A DNA stretch of 64,000 bases from Candidatus Gastranaerophilaceae bacterium (GTDB taxonomy: Bacteria > Cyanobacteriota > Vampirovibrionia > Gastranaerophilales > Gastranaerophilaceae). This document shows, piece by piece, positions 29,460 through 38,568 of the stretch (its first letter is position 1; each line of letters begins with the position of its first letter). Below the pieces are notes generated by a model. That model did not search any database. It saw only the letters and a list, made by a program, of their open reading frames with translations, and was not told the origin of the DNA. Made by a program: the position numbers and the translations under genes. The stretch lies in the NCBI GenBank assembly GCA_045645765.1, contig JAZRJK010000014.1, positions 10,819-74,818 of the forward strand, given 5' to 3'.

Positions 29460-31949
29460 ATGGGTGAAATCAAAATTAGCCAACTTAAAGGTTTTTTAAG
29501 GACAGCTGCGGAACAAGCTAATATTAATGGTGATAAAAAAATAAAAGGTGACGAAGAAATTTCAACTTTTATTGCCACAGCAGATAAACTCGTTGAGGCT
29601 GGCTTAGTTGATAAAAACTATAAAGAAACTTTAGGCTTAACATTGAATGCATCTTCTAAAGGTGTAACAATGCCAGATAATAACTTCAAAGTCGAAAAAG
29701 ATGAAGTAAAATTAGAAACTACTAAACTTAATCGTCAAGAAAAAAAATTATTTAAAGATGTATTAGATTCTGTAACTAGTTTAGATATGGTTTCAACAAC
29801 ATTAGACGAAAGATTTACTGATGCTAAATATACAAAAGCAAAAAATGTAATTAATATGTATATTGCAGATATTAAAGCAATGAATATTAACTCAAAAGAA
29901 GATGTTAATAAAATTGTAGATTTAATTGATAAAAAATATGATAATTGTGATGGATTTAATAAAGATATTGCTAAAAAATTAGCAAACATCGTTAAATATG
30001 AACAAATTAAAAAAGAAAAAGACAATTTATTAAATCTTTATAGAGATATTAAAACTCAAAATCCTGGTAAAACTTATACCGGTTATGTAGAATTAGTAAA
30101 TGCTCAAATGGAAGCTAAAGGTTATAAAGGGTCTTACTACAAGAATGAAGCTTACAATGAATTTATTGCAGAACTTAAACAAGAGGCAAATAGCTATTTA
30201 GATGCTAATTTGCGTGAAACTAATGGAAATTACGGCAGAACTCAAGGTGATACAAGTAAACAAGTAAGAAAAGAGTTACAAGCTGCTGCTGGCGATGATA
30301 AATTCTTAAAAAATGTAATCAAACATGATAAAACAGACAACTCTTTGGAAGCCAGATACAATAGGTTTAGGGCTGTAACAGAAGTGCTTAAGAATACGAC
30401 ATCTGAAATGTTAAATGATGAACTTAAAGATGGCGTTGTTGCGAAATTAAGCGCAAGTTATATTAATAAATTTCAAAAAGAAAATGGAAATTACGATTTA
30501 ACAGAATTACAAGCAGAAATAGCAAGACTTGTTGGCGATGATTTATTGTTAAATCGTTCTCAAGACACTGAAGTCGCAGAATTAAAACATGTACAAGATA
30601 AATTAAAAGAATTGACAGGTTCTGATTTTTCAAAGAAAGAGGTCAAAGATTTAATTGAATTCTTGGGTATAGGCTATGAAAAACGCGATAAAAGCGCAAA
30701 AACGGTTCTACGAAACATGATACCAGGTGCAGCCTCAGGAGCTCTTGGTGGAGCTATTGCTGGAGGAATACACGCCACAAGATTAAATATTACCCAAAGA
30801 GTTGAACTTAATTTAGAAGGCAATCAAGCTGAAAAATTGTTAGAACAATTAGGTCCATATGCTTCAGCTGTTAAAAATGCAGATGGATCATTTTCTGTAA
30901 AAGTACTTCAAAAAGTTAATATTGATAAAACATTAGTAAGTATTCTGGCTGGTGCTATGGAAGGTGCTGTAGCTGGCGCATTACTTAATGCATTAGCAAC
31001 TATGATTACAGGTGAAGATAAAGCCTTCGAAAAATCTTGTTTCTCAATGACATATTTAACTGATTTAGTTAATAGCGGAAAAGATTTAAGTGAAATTCAA
31101 GATGAAATTTGCAAAAAATATCCTGGAATGAAAGGAACTATTTTAGCTGCATTAGCTGAAAATGCTTATAATAAAGCTGAAGGCAAAGATGAATGGAAAT
31201 TAAATTATTTAGGCAAATTATCAGAAATTGCGGGTGTTGGGTCTAATCCAAACTGTGAAGAATTACAAGGTAACAAATTTACTAAACCAGAAGTAGAAAC
31301 AGTAAACCCAACAGAAGAAGATACTCACGTTTACGACACCAGAGAAACAGCAGAAGTAGCTCCTGTATACGAAGATGTTCCAACTATTGACGCAAAACGT
31401 TCTTCTTGGGCAAAATTATCAGAACAATACGATTGTTTAGATGAAATTAATACTAAAGATTACCCATTATGTACTAAAAACAGAGCAAAATTACCAATAA
31501 GAATGCTTAAAATAGCTCAAGCAATTACAGATGGTAACTATTCACAGGAAAGAATGTTACAACTAGCAGAAATGACATTTGCTTCTCCTAATACTAAATA
31601 TGAAAATTTAAAAAGTATTGAAGGAATTGATCACGCAGTATTAGTAAATATTATGAATGCAAATTGGCTAAGTGATAGCGTGAAAATGCCTAAAACATTA
31701 GCTGGTTGTAATAGAGATGATTCTATTTCAATTATTGCACCAAGAGCAACTGAAAGAGGTGGTAACAGAGCTCCTGTTAGAAGTGCAGGAGATAGGACTC
31801 AAACTAGCGCAGGGCAAAATGCAAGATACTATGCTAGTTTTGACACTGGGGCTTGGCAAGAATATCCATCTGCAAAAGTTAGAGATGAAGCGGTTTCCGA
31901 ATTCAAAAAGAAATATCCAAACGCAACCGTTTCAAAGAAAAATGATTAA
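29460..31949 (+). CDS. 829-aa hypothetical protein with Gly/Ala-rich hydrophobic segments
   Basis: SD AAGGAG; EF-hand-like NINGDKKIKGDEE; two Gly-zipper-like hydrophobic stretches. Confidence 0.8.
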   Translation: MGEIKISQLKGFLRTAAEQANINGDKKIKGDEEISTFIATADKLVEAGLVDKNYKETLGLTLNASSKGVTMPDNNFKVEKDEVKLETTKLNRQEKKLFKDVLDSVTSLDMVSTTLDERFTDAKYTKAKNVINMYIADIKAMNINSKEDVNKIVDLIDKKYDNCDGFNKDIAKKLANIVKYEQIKKEKDNLLNLYRDIKTQNPGKTYTGYVELVNAQMEAKGYKGSYYKNEAYNEFIAELKQEANSYLDANLRETNGNYGRTQGDTSKQVRKELQAAAGDDKFLKNVIKHDKTDNSLEARYNRFRAVTEVLKNTTSEMLNDELKDGVVAKLSASYINKFQKENGNYDLTELQAEIARLVGDDLLLNRSQDTEVAELKHVQDKLKELTGSDFSKKEVKDLIEFLGIGYEKRDKSAKTVLRNMIPGAASGALGGAIAGGIHATRLNITQRVELNLEGNQAEKLLEQLGPYASAVKNADGSFSVKVLQKVNIDKTLVSILAGAMEGAVAGALLNALATMITGEDKAFEKSCFSMTYLTDLVNSGKDLSEIQDEICKKYPGMKGTILAALAENAYNKAEGKDEWKLNYLGKLSEIAGVGSNPNCEELQGNKFTKPEVETVNPTEEDTHVYDTRETAEVAPVYEDVPTIDAKRSSWAKLSEQYDCLDEINTKDYPLCTKNRAKLPIRMLKIAQAITDGNYSQERMLQLAEMTFASPNTKYENLKSIEGIDHAVLVNIMNANWLSDSVKMPKTLAGCNRDDSISIIAPRATERGGNRAPVRSAGDRTQTSAGQNARYYASFDTGAWQEYPSAKVRDEAVSEFKKKYPNATVSKKND

Positions 31950-31984
31950 TACAAATAGAGATGTAAGATGATTGTTTAGAAATA

Positions 31985-32010
31985 AAAGAGGTCGAATAAT
32001 CGACCTCTTT
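31985..32010. terminator. bidirectional terminator
   Basis: 11-bp perfect stem AAAGAGGTCGA/TCGACCTCTTT between convergent genes. Confidence 0.75.
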
Positions 32011-32033
32011 CCTTTATTATTTAATTATTTTTA

Positions 32034-33977
32034 TTAATTAAATTTATCAGCTAAATCATCTCCATCTGGAATGCTTTCATTGCCTGGAGTATTATCTGCA
32101 ATATGTTCACACTCGCATTTATATTCTTCAAATATTTGGCTTAATGTTTCATATTTCGCAACATCATTAGGATTAGTTGGGTCATAACCTTTCAAGAAAG
32201 CAAGGATTTCAGCTTCTAAACCTAATAATTTATTGAATTCAGGAGTGTAATCTTTTTGGTTTTTGATTTCAGCTCTTACTGCAGCTAAAAGTTCTTCAAT
32301 TTTTTGGACACTGCCAGGAACCTTATCAAATCCAAATTCAACGATGAAGTTTTTAAATTCTTCTGCAAGTCTTGTATCACGTTCCTTATCACGTTTTTCC
32401 ATTGCTTCTACGAATTCATCTCTTGTCATACCTTTTGCATTAATATCTTTCATTGCAGCTTCTAGTGCATCAGCTTTTTGAGTTAAGATATATACATAGT
32501 TTTCAATGTTTTTAGCTGTTGTATTTAAGTCTTTAAAGTTAGCTTTAATTTCTTCTAATTGAGCATTGCTTATTTTTTGACCAGATTTTAAATCTTTTAA
32601 ATCCCCAGTCATTTCACCTAAATGATCAAACAATTTAGCCCAATTGCCTTTTTGATCCGCAAAGTATGCTGAAAGATTTGAGGTGTTTTTAATTAATACA
32701 TCAAGTTTTTGAATAGCTTTTTCTAACTGAGCTACAACATCTTTTATTGATGCTATAACATCATGGTTACCAGCTTGATAAGCTTCTTTCATATCATTAA
32801 TAGCATCTTCTAAACCAGCGATATTTGGTATATTTTCTAAAATATCAAGTTTAGTATTAATACTATTTAATAGTTCATTTTGTTTAGTTTCATTACCTAA
32901 ATCATTAACCATCCAATTTTGTAACAATGCTACAAGTTTTTCATTAGACATATTGATTACGTCTTCCATTTTCAAACCATAAGCAGCAAACATAGCTTCA
33001 AATTTAGCATAGTCAATGTCACCAGGCATCATTGCTTTAAGGTCTTCCATAAACTGTTTATATTTATTTTCATCGGTTAGAATTCCTAGGAGTTCTTTTG
33101 TATTAATTTCAATATTACCTAATTTTTCATTCATTTCTGTTGTATTTTTATTTAAATTAGCTAAATAACCTGTTTGAATTCTACCATTTTTATAAATATT
33201 AAATAATAGTCCCATTTCTTGATCTTTTGCTGCCATATATTCAGCATGATTTTGAGCAATTTGTTCTGAAATTTTTACTACAACTTTGTAAATATCTTTA
33301 ACAGTAGTATCGATACTCTTTAACAATTCAATAGCTTGTTGCCAAGTAATTTCATCTCTTTCAAGTCTTTCTAAAATTTTAGTTGCTTTTTCATTTAATT
33401 CATTATTTGATTCTGCAATTTCTTTTTCTGTAGCACCATTTTCTTTTAAAATTGCAATTTGTTCATCTTGTTTTTGTATATAAATATTTTTAAATTCTTC
33501 TACTTGTTCTTGAGAAAGAATTTGTTGTCTATACATGTCTTCAAGCTTGCTAGTAATTCCGTTTAAAGCATTTAAAATTTTATTTTGAAGTTCAATAGAA
33601 ATATCAAATTTTTTAAGCATTTGTTGTAACAAGTTAACCATTTCTTGCATCATATTAAAAAAAGCTGTCATATCTACATTCACAGATTGTGTGACTTCAT
33701 ATTTCTCACAAGATGTCATTGCTGGTACAGCTGCAACAGCTAATCCCATTGCAAGAGCAGCAGCTTTAGGAAGATTTCTCATTTTTTGTAGCAAAGATGT
33801 GCTAGCACCTTGGAATGCAATATTATTTTTACCTTGTAAATCTAAAGCATTTAATGTTGCTTCTGGTTTTGTTACAGATTGTTCAACAGTTGTTTCTACA
33901 GTAGGTGATACCGGGTTTGTTTCACCAAATTTCATGTTTTTGTTAATTAACAAAAGTTCTTGAGCGTTGATTTTCAT
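32034..33977 (-). CDS. 647-aa coiled-coil protein with an internal lipoprotein-type signal
   Basis: SD AAGGAG; MRNLPKAAALAMGLAVAAVPAMTS-C at about residues 66-90; long heptad-rich body; C-terminal CEC. Confidence 0.8.
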   Translation of the reverse strand: MKINAQELLLINKNMKFGETNPVSPTVETTVEQSVTKPEATLNALDLQGKNNIAFQGASTSLLQKMRNLPKAAALAMGLAVAAVPAMTSCEKYEVTQSVNVDMTAFFNMMQEMVNLLQQMLKKFDISIELQNKILNALNGITSKLEDMYRQQILSQEQVEEFKNIYIQKQDEQIAILKENGATEKEIAESNNELNEKATKILERLERDEITWQQAIELLKSIDTTVKDIYKVVVKISEQIAQNHAEYMAAKDQEMGLLFNIYKNGRIQTGYLANLNKNTTEMNEKLGNIEINTKELLGILTDENKYKQFMEDLKAMMPGDIDYAKFEAMFAAYGLKMEDVINMSNEKLVALLQNWMVNDLGNETKQNELLNSINTKLDILENIPNIAGLEDAINDMKEAYQAGNHDVIASIKDVVAQLEKAIQKLDVLIKNTSNLSAYFADQKGNWAKLFDHLGEMTGDLKDLKSGQKISNAQLEEIKANFKDLNTTAKNIENYVYILTQKADALEAAMKDINAKGMTRDEFVEAMEKRDKERDTRLAEEFKNFIVEFGFDKVPGSVQKIEELLAAVRAEIKNQKDYTPEFNKLLGLEAEILAFLKGYDPTNPNDVAKYETLSQIFEEYKCECEHIADNTPGNESIPDGDDLADKFN

Positions 33978-34168
33978 ACGTATTATACTCCTTTTTTAAC
34001 GTAATTATATTTCTTGCGATAATAACTTAAAAACTGTAAAAAAAATTTTTGCTACTAATATATAAGAAAATAAAAATATTTACAAAATTTAAAAAATAGA
34101 ACTTTTTCTTGTAATAATCGTTATTTAAATATATAATAAATAAGCTTATTAGTTAAGGTATAAATAGA

Positions 34169-35434
34169 ATGAAAGATATAATTGTACAAAAATTTGGGGG
34201 AACATCTGTTGCTGATACAGATAAAATCAAAAATGTTGCTCGTGCTGTTATAAGAGAGAAGAATTTAGGCAATGATGTCGTAGTAGTAGTTTCTGCTATG
34301 GGACATACGACAGATATTTTAACAAAATTAGCTAAAGAAATTTCTCCAACCCCATCTTCAAGAGAAATGGACATGCTTCTATCAACAGGAGAGGGAGTGT
34401 CAATAGCACTTTTGGCTATGGCTTTACAAGCTCAAGGATGTGATGCTGTTAGTATGAACGCAATGCAAGTTGGTATTTTTACAGAAAAAATTCACTCAAA
34501 TGCAAGAATTCTTGAAATTAAAACAGATCGGATCCGTGAACATTTAGACAAAGGTGAAGTTGTTGTAATTGCAGGTTTTCAAGGTATAACAGAAGATTTT
34601 GAGATAACAACTCTTGGTCGTGGTGGTTCTGATACATCTGCAGTAGCTTTAGCTGGAGCCCTTAGAGCTAAGCGTTGTGATATTTATACAGATGTAGAAG
34701 GAGTCTATACTACTGATCCAAGAATAGTTCCATGTGCTACAAAATTAGAAAATATTTCTTATGAAGAAATGTTAGAACTTGCTCGGGTTGGGGCGAATGT
34801 CCTTCACCCTAGGGCAGTAGAAACCGCAAAACAATACCAAACACCATTAAGAGTGCGTAGCACATTTAAATTAGATAACTTAGGTACTTTAATATTAGGA
34901 GTTGAAAAGATGGAATTACATAAGCCTGTTACAGGTGTTGCTTCAGATTTGTCTCAACTAAGAATTGTGGTTTGTGATGTAAAAGATAACCCAGGTACTG
35001 CTGCAATTTTATTTGATGGCCTTGCAAAAGATAATATATCAGTTGATATGATTATTCAATCTTATGCTAGAAAAGATTTAAATACTAACGACATTGCTTT
35101 TACAATTGATAAAGGTGATTTAGATAGAACTAAAAGTATTTTAGAAAAACTTAAAACAGAATTAGAATTTAGCAATATTTTTGTAGATAATTCAATTGCT
35201 AAAATATCTATTGTTGGTGCAGGCATGATTGATAGGCCAGGTATTGCTGCAAAAATGTTCAGAACTCTTGCGAGTTTAGATATTAATATTAAAATGATTG
35301 CAACTAGTGAAATTAAAATTAGTTGTTTAGTAGAGCAATCAAGAGCAAATGATGCTGTAGAAGCACTACATAAAGTTTTTGGTTTAGATAGTAAGGAAAT
35401 CGCAGAAGTAAAAGGTGATTTGCCGAATATATAG
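34169..35434 (+). CDS. lysC: aspartate kinase
   Basis: VQKFGGTSV, VVVSAMG, TTLGRGGSDTSAVALA, IYTDVEGVYTTDPR; two ACT domains. Confidence 0.96.
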   Translation: MKDIIVQKFGGTSVADTDKIKNVARAVIREKNLGNDVVVVVSAMGHTTDILTKLAKEISPTPSSREMDMLLSTGEGVSIALLAMALQAQGCDAVSMNAMQVGIFTEKIHSNARILEIKTDRIREHLDKGEVVVIAGFQGITEDFEITTLGRGGSDTSAVALAGALRAKRCDIYTDVEGVYTTDPRIVPCATKLENISYEEMLELARVGANVLHPRAVETAKQYQTPLRVRSTFKLDNLGTLILGVEKMELHKPVTGVASDLSQLRIVVCDVKDNPGTAAILFDGLAKDNISVDMIIQSYARKDLNTNDIAFTIDKGDLDRTKSILEKLKTELEFSNIFVDNSIAKISIVGAGMIDRPGIAAKMFRTLASLDINIKMIATSEIKISCLVEQSRANDAVEALHKVFGLDSKEIAEVKGDLPNI

Positions 35435-35443
35435 GAGAAAATA

Positions 35444-35917
35444 ATGAAAAAACTATTATTAACACTCTTTACCCTTGCAGTTATGCCTTTATTTGTATTA
35501 GCTGATGATAAACAGGAAGCTCTAGACTTTTTCAATAGCTATGTTGATGGAGCTAATAATTACAGCCCTACAATTGCAGAAATGTATTCGCCTGATGCAA
35601 AAATCATCCGTCAAGTAGTAAAACCTGATGGAACAACAGTTGATGTTTCAACAAATACCTCAACTTATATAAAACAAATGAAAATAGGACAAGCCGGTGC
35701 TAAACTAAGAAAATACAAAAATTCTTATACTAATGTGACAGTTGTCCCTGTAACGAATGGGTTTAAAGTGTCTTCTTTAAGACAGCCAAGTGGTGAAACA
35801 TATAAATTAAAAGCTTATATGATCATGCAAAAACAACCTAATGGGAAATGGTTAATTGTTGAAGAAATGATGCAGACAAAAGAACAAATCTTTTTGAGAT
35901 ATGCAGATAAAACATAA
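35444..35917 (+). CDS. exported protein, possibly NTF2/SnoaL-like fold
   Basis: Signal peptide MKKLLLTLFTLAVMPLFVLA; MYSPDA motif and terminal KWLIVEE strand typical of NTF2-like domains. Confidence 0.65.
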   Translation: MKKLLLTLFTLAVMPLFVLADDKQEALDFFNSYVDGANNYSPTIAEMYSPDAKIIRQVVKPDGTTVDVSTNTSTYIKQMKIGQAGAKLRKYKNSYTNVTVVPVTNGFKVSSLRQPSGETYKLKAYMIMQKQPNGKWLIVEEMMQTKEQIFLRYADKT

Positions 35918-35918
35918 A

Positions 35919-35955
35919 AAAGAAAAGAGCTTGATTTAATCAAGCTCTTTTCTTT
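35919..35955 (+). terminator. intrinsic terminator
   Basis: 17-bp perfect stem; a second hairpin at 35966-35994 probably serves the opposite strand. Confidence 0.75.
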
Positions 35956-36011
35956 ACTTAAAATAAAAAGCCCTCTTTATTTAAGAAGGCTTTTAGAACT
36001 CTATCTTCTCA

Positions 36012-36368
36012 TTAGCTCAAAGCTAGTAATGATTTTACTGAGCGAGCATTCTCTTTAACCGACTCATCAGAGTGTAAGTTAATTGTATCATCAAGAATTC
36101 TTACTACTTCAGATTTATCTTTAAGAGCAAGAATTTCATTGATTGTACTCATTGCAACTGCAGGGGAAAGGTCATTAATTCCTTTACCTTGGTTAATGAT
36201 AACAACTTTTAATGAGTCATGAACATTTTTTCTAACTAAAGCTCTAGATGTGTACTCTCTAACTTCATTGTCAGGAGAATTAGTACCTAATTCTTCTAAA
36301 ACTCTGATTGAATCCATGTCTTCATGAGCAGTAAGTGCATCAATAATTTCTAACACATTTCTATTCAT
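36012..36368 (-). CDS. 118-aa HEAT-repeat-like helical protein
   Basis: LEELGTNSPDNEVREYTSRAL and LHSDESVKENARSV patterns; start overlaps the upstream stop. Confidence 0.65.
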   Translation of the reverse strand: MNRNVLEIIDALTAHEDMDSIRVLEELGTNSPDNEVREYTSRALVRKNVHDSLKVVIINQGKGINDLSPAVAMSTINEILALKDKSEVVRILDDTINLHSDESVKENARSVKSLLALS

Positions 36369-37030
36369 TATACACCCCCTAATTCTAATCTCAAAGCAGC
36401 TTCTAACTCTGCAACAGGGGTTGCTGCTGTATAACGAGCTCTAGAAGGTAATTTTGCGATGATATTTGACCATTGCGCTTGAATATCTTTTCCAAAATCG
36501 ATAGCTCCATCTTGTAAAGCTAGCATTCTAGAAGATATTCCACCTTTTATACCAGCCATTTTTTCAGACAAACCATCTATTACAGGAATATTTATAGGAG
36601 TATTTAAGATCTCTCTAGCTGTATTAATATGATTTTTAATTCCATCATTAATTCTTCTAGCCCCAGGAATTGCTAAAACTGCATCAGAGAAATTTGTATT
36701 TTTAGCATAATCCCAAGCACTAACAAGGCCACCATGGACTCTTCTAACGAAATTAACAATAGGTTCAGCAATATTAGTTCTAACTTTATTCATGCTACCT
36801 GTAACAGAAGAAGCAATTATTCTTAACTTGTTAGCAGGTGATGCTTTAAAAGATGGCTTAAAGCCTTCAAAAACATCTGCAAACTGTAGAGTATTACCTT
36901 CAAAGTTTGTAAACTTAAAAGGATTCGTTGCTTCATTTGAATTTCTATAAGTATGAAGCGGACTAACTTTTTTAATTTTTTGGGAGGTAAATGTAGGATT
37001 TTGCGAACCTACTTTAATAATTTTCGCCAT
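36368..37030 (-). CDS. 220-aa hypothetical protein
   Basis: ORF with SD AAGGA; N-terminal PTFT/PSFK motifs. Confidence 0.72.
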   Translation of the reverse strand: MAKIIKVGSQNPTFTSQKIKKVSPLHTYRNSNEATNPFKFTNFEGNTLQFADVFEGFKPSFKASPANKLRIIASSVTGSMNKVRTNIAEPIVNFVRRVHGGLVSAWDYAKNTNFSDAVLAIPGARRINDGIKNHINTAREILNTPINIPVIDGLSEKMAGIKGGISSRMLALQDGAIDFGKDIQAQWSNIIAKLPSRARYTAATPVAELEAALRLELGGV

Positions 37031-37132
37031 ACTATTCCTTTCTTAATTAATTGACTTCTTAACACATAATAGGATAACAGGGTTGAGTTAATATTTAATC
37101 GTCTAAATAGATGAGTTCTTTTGTTTTTTTTG

Positions 37133-37161
37133 TTTACAAGGTGAAAAAGTTTTTGTATAAT
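37133..37161 (+). promoter_or_regulatory. sigma70 promoter of tRNA-Ser
   Basis: TTTACA-N17-TATAAT, 17 nt upstream of the tRNA. Confidence 0.75.
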
Positions 37162-37178
37162 TTAGTATATAAAATCAA

Positions 37179-37265
37179 AGAGGGGTGTCCGAGTGGTTTA
37201 TGGTGCGATCTTGGAAGGGTCGTGTGGGGGCAACTCCACCGTGAGTTCGAATCTCATCCCCTCTG
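37179..37265 (+). tRNA. tRNA-Ser(GGA), CCA not encoded
   Basis: Acceptor AGAGGGG/CCCCTCT plus G73; anticodon stem CGATC/GGTCG with loop TTGGAAG; long variable arm GTGGGG-GCAA-CTCCAC; T arm GTGAG-TTCGAAT-CTCAT. Confidence 0.92.
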
Positions 37266-37447
37266 TAGAGAAGGTTAGTGCTAAAGCAAAGTGCTAACCT
37301 TTTTTAATTTTAAACCCCGCCAACAGCGGGCTTTATGCCGATTACGAATACACTTTGAGCATATTCTTTAGAAAATTTTTCATAAAAATACGCCCTTTTT
37401 ATCAAAAGTCTCAAAAGACTTTTTTAAAGTGGCGTAACTTTTTACAG
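37258..37447. repeat. dispersed ~200-bp repeat, copy 0 (fused to the tRNA-Ser 3' end)
   Basis: 8 differences over about 186 nt versus the copy at 61175-61359 (manual alignment). Confidence 0.92.
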
Positions 37448-37511
37448 CACAAAATTAACTCAACATTTCTAATTATTGAGAACACTTTAAAAGATTAAAA
37501 TATAAAAATAT

Positions 37512-37682
37512 TTAATTTAATTTTACTAACCTTCTTTTTTTCTCTTGCAAAAGATATTTAATATCAGCTCTCATAATTGCATCTACAACTAAATCTGTCA
37601 TATTTATACCATAGCGTCTTATTTTATCTATCTTTTTTATTGCCTCATCACTGTAAGCTCTAACTACAAGTTCTCTATACAT
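37512..37682 (-). CDS. 56-aa ribbon-helix-helix-like protein (not in ORF track)
   Basis: MYRELVVRAYSDEAIKKIDKIRRYGINMTDLVVDAIMRADIKYLLQEKKRRLVKLN*; SD GGAGG; strand-helix-Gly-helix pattern. Confidence 0.65.
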   Translation of the reverse strand: MYRELVVRAYSDEAIKKIDKIRRYGINMTDLVVDAIMRADIKYLLQEKKRRLVKLN

Positions 37683-37751
37683 AAATACCTCCTTTTTAAG
37701 TATAAAAATTATATAGTATATAAATACTTTAATCCGACATTAAAACAAGAA

Positions 37752-37779
37752 AAAACGAGGTAGAAATCTACCCCGTTTT
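37752..37779 (-). terminator. terminator downstream of hup
   Basis: AAAACG-AGGTAGA-AA-TCTACC-CCGTTTT hairpin. Confidence 0.6.
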
Positions 37780-37794
37780 AATATTGTTCAAAAA

Positions 37795-38067
37795 CTATTT
37801 TACAAGTTCTTTAAACTTTTTGCCTGCTGAGAATGCTGGAACTGTTTTCGCAGCGATTTTTAATTCTTTTCCTGTTTGAGGGTTTCTTCCAACTCTAGCA
37901 GCTCTTCTTCTTGATTCAAATGTACCAAAACCAACAAGAGTTACTTTCTCACCTTTTTTAACCGCAGATTGAATAGTATCAATTGTAGCTGATAATACTT
38001 CAGATGCTTCTTTTTTTGTAACTTTTGCAACTTTTGAAATTTCTGTAACTAACTCTTCTCTGTTCAT
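37795..38067 (-). CDS. hup: histone-like DNA-binding protein HU
   Basis: GEKVTLVGFGTF...RVGRNPQTGKELKIAAKTVPAFSAGK. Confidence 0.96.
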   Translation of the reverse strand: MNREELVTEISKVAKVTKKEASEVLSATIDTIQSAVKKGEKVTLVGFGTFESRRRAARVGRNPQTGKELKIAAKTVPAFSAGKKFKELVK

Positions 38068-38085
38068 AATAATCTCCTTTTTTTA

Positions 38086-38550
38086 TTATTTAACTATTTT
38101 CGCAATTTCTGATGTGATATCTTCACCACCATACAATACAGTCGATTTTGCTAAAACAATATCATAGCCTTTTGCTTTTGCTTGTGCTGCTATTGTTGAA
38201 GAGATGCTTGCATCAATTGCAGCTAATTTTTTTGTATATTCTTTTGTATTGGCTTCTTTCTTTTTCGCTAAATCTTCATTATATTTTTTTAGTAATTTTT
38301 GTTTATTTGCTTCTGTCGATTGTTTTTTTACATCAGCATTTACGGTTTCCAACCATTTAGCCAAGTCTTGAGCTTTTTTTGCTTGTTCATCTTTTAATGC
38401 TTTTACTTGAGCTGACTTTGCAACGATTGCAGGTACATCTACAACGGCGATTTTTTGAGATGGCATATTAGACATAGCAAAATTACTTGAACCAAGAACC
38501 AAACCTAGAACTAAACAACCAATTGACATTACTTTTGAATCTATTTTCAT
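38086..38550 (-). CDS. skp: periplasmic chaperone Skp/OmpH
   Basis: Signal peptide; KIAVVDV; helical body; AKAKGYDIVL...VLYGGEDIT; start moved to ATG at 38550. Confidence 0.85.
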   Translation of the reverse strand: MKIDSKVMSIGCLVLGLVLGSSNFAMSNMPSQKIAVVDVPAIVAKSAQVKALKDEQAKKAQDLAKWLETVNADVKKQSTEANKQKLLKKYNEDLAKKKEANTKEYTKKLAAIDASISSTIAAQAKAKGYDIVLAKSTVLYGGEDITSEIAKIVK

Positions 38551-38568
38551 CTTTTTCCTTTCTTTCAC

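Noticed and set aside
33978-34168. Lysine riboswitch or T-box before lysC
   Set aside because: The region is very AT-rich, shared with a divergent promoter and has no recognisable conserved elements
3442-35535. Short opposite-strand or overlapping ORFs (e.g. 3442, 5166, 6409, 7784, 10479, 12387, 21282, 24432, 29735, 32263, 35062)
   Set aside because: They overlap confidently assigned genes and lack SD or family motifs
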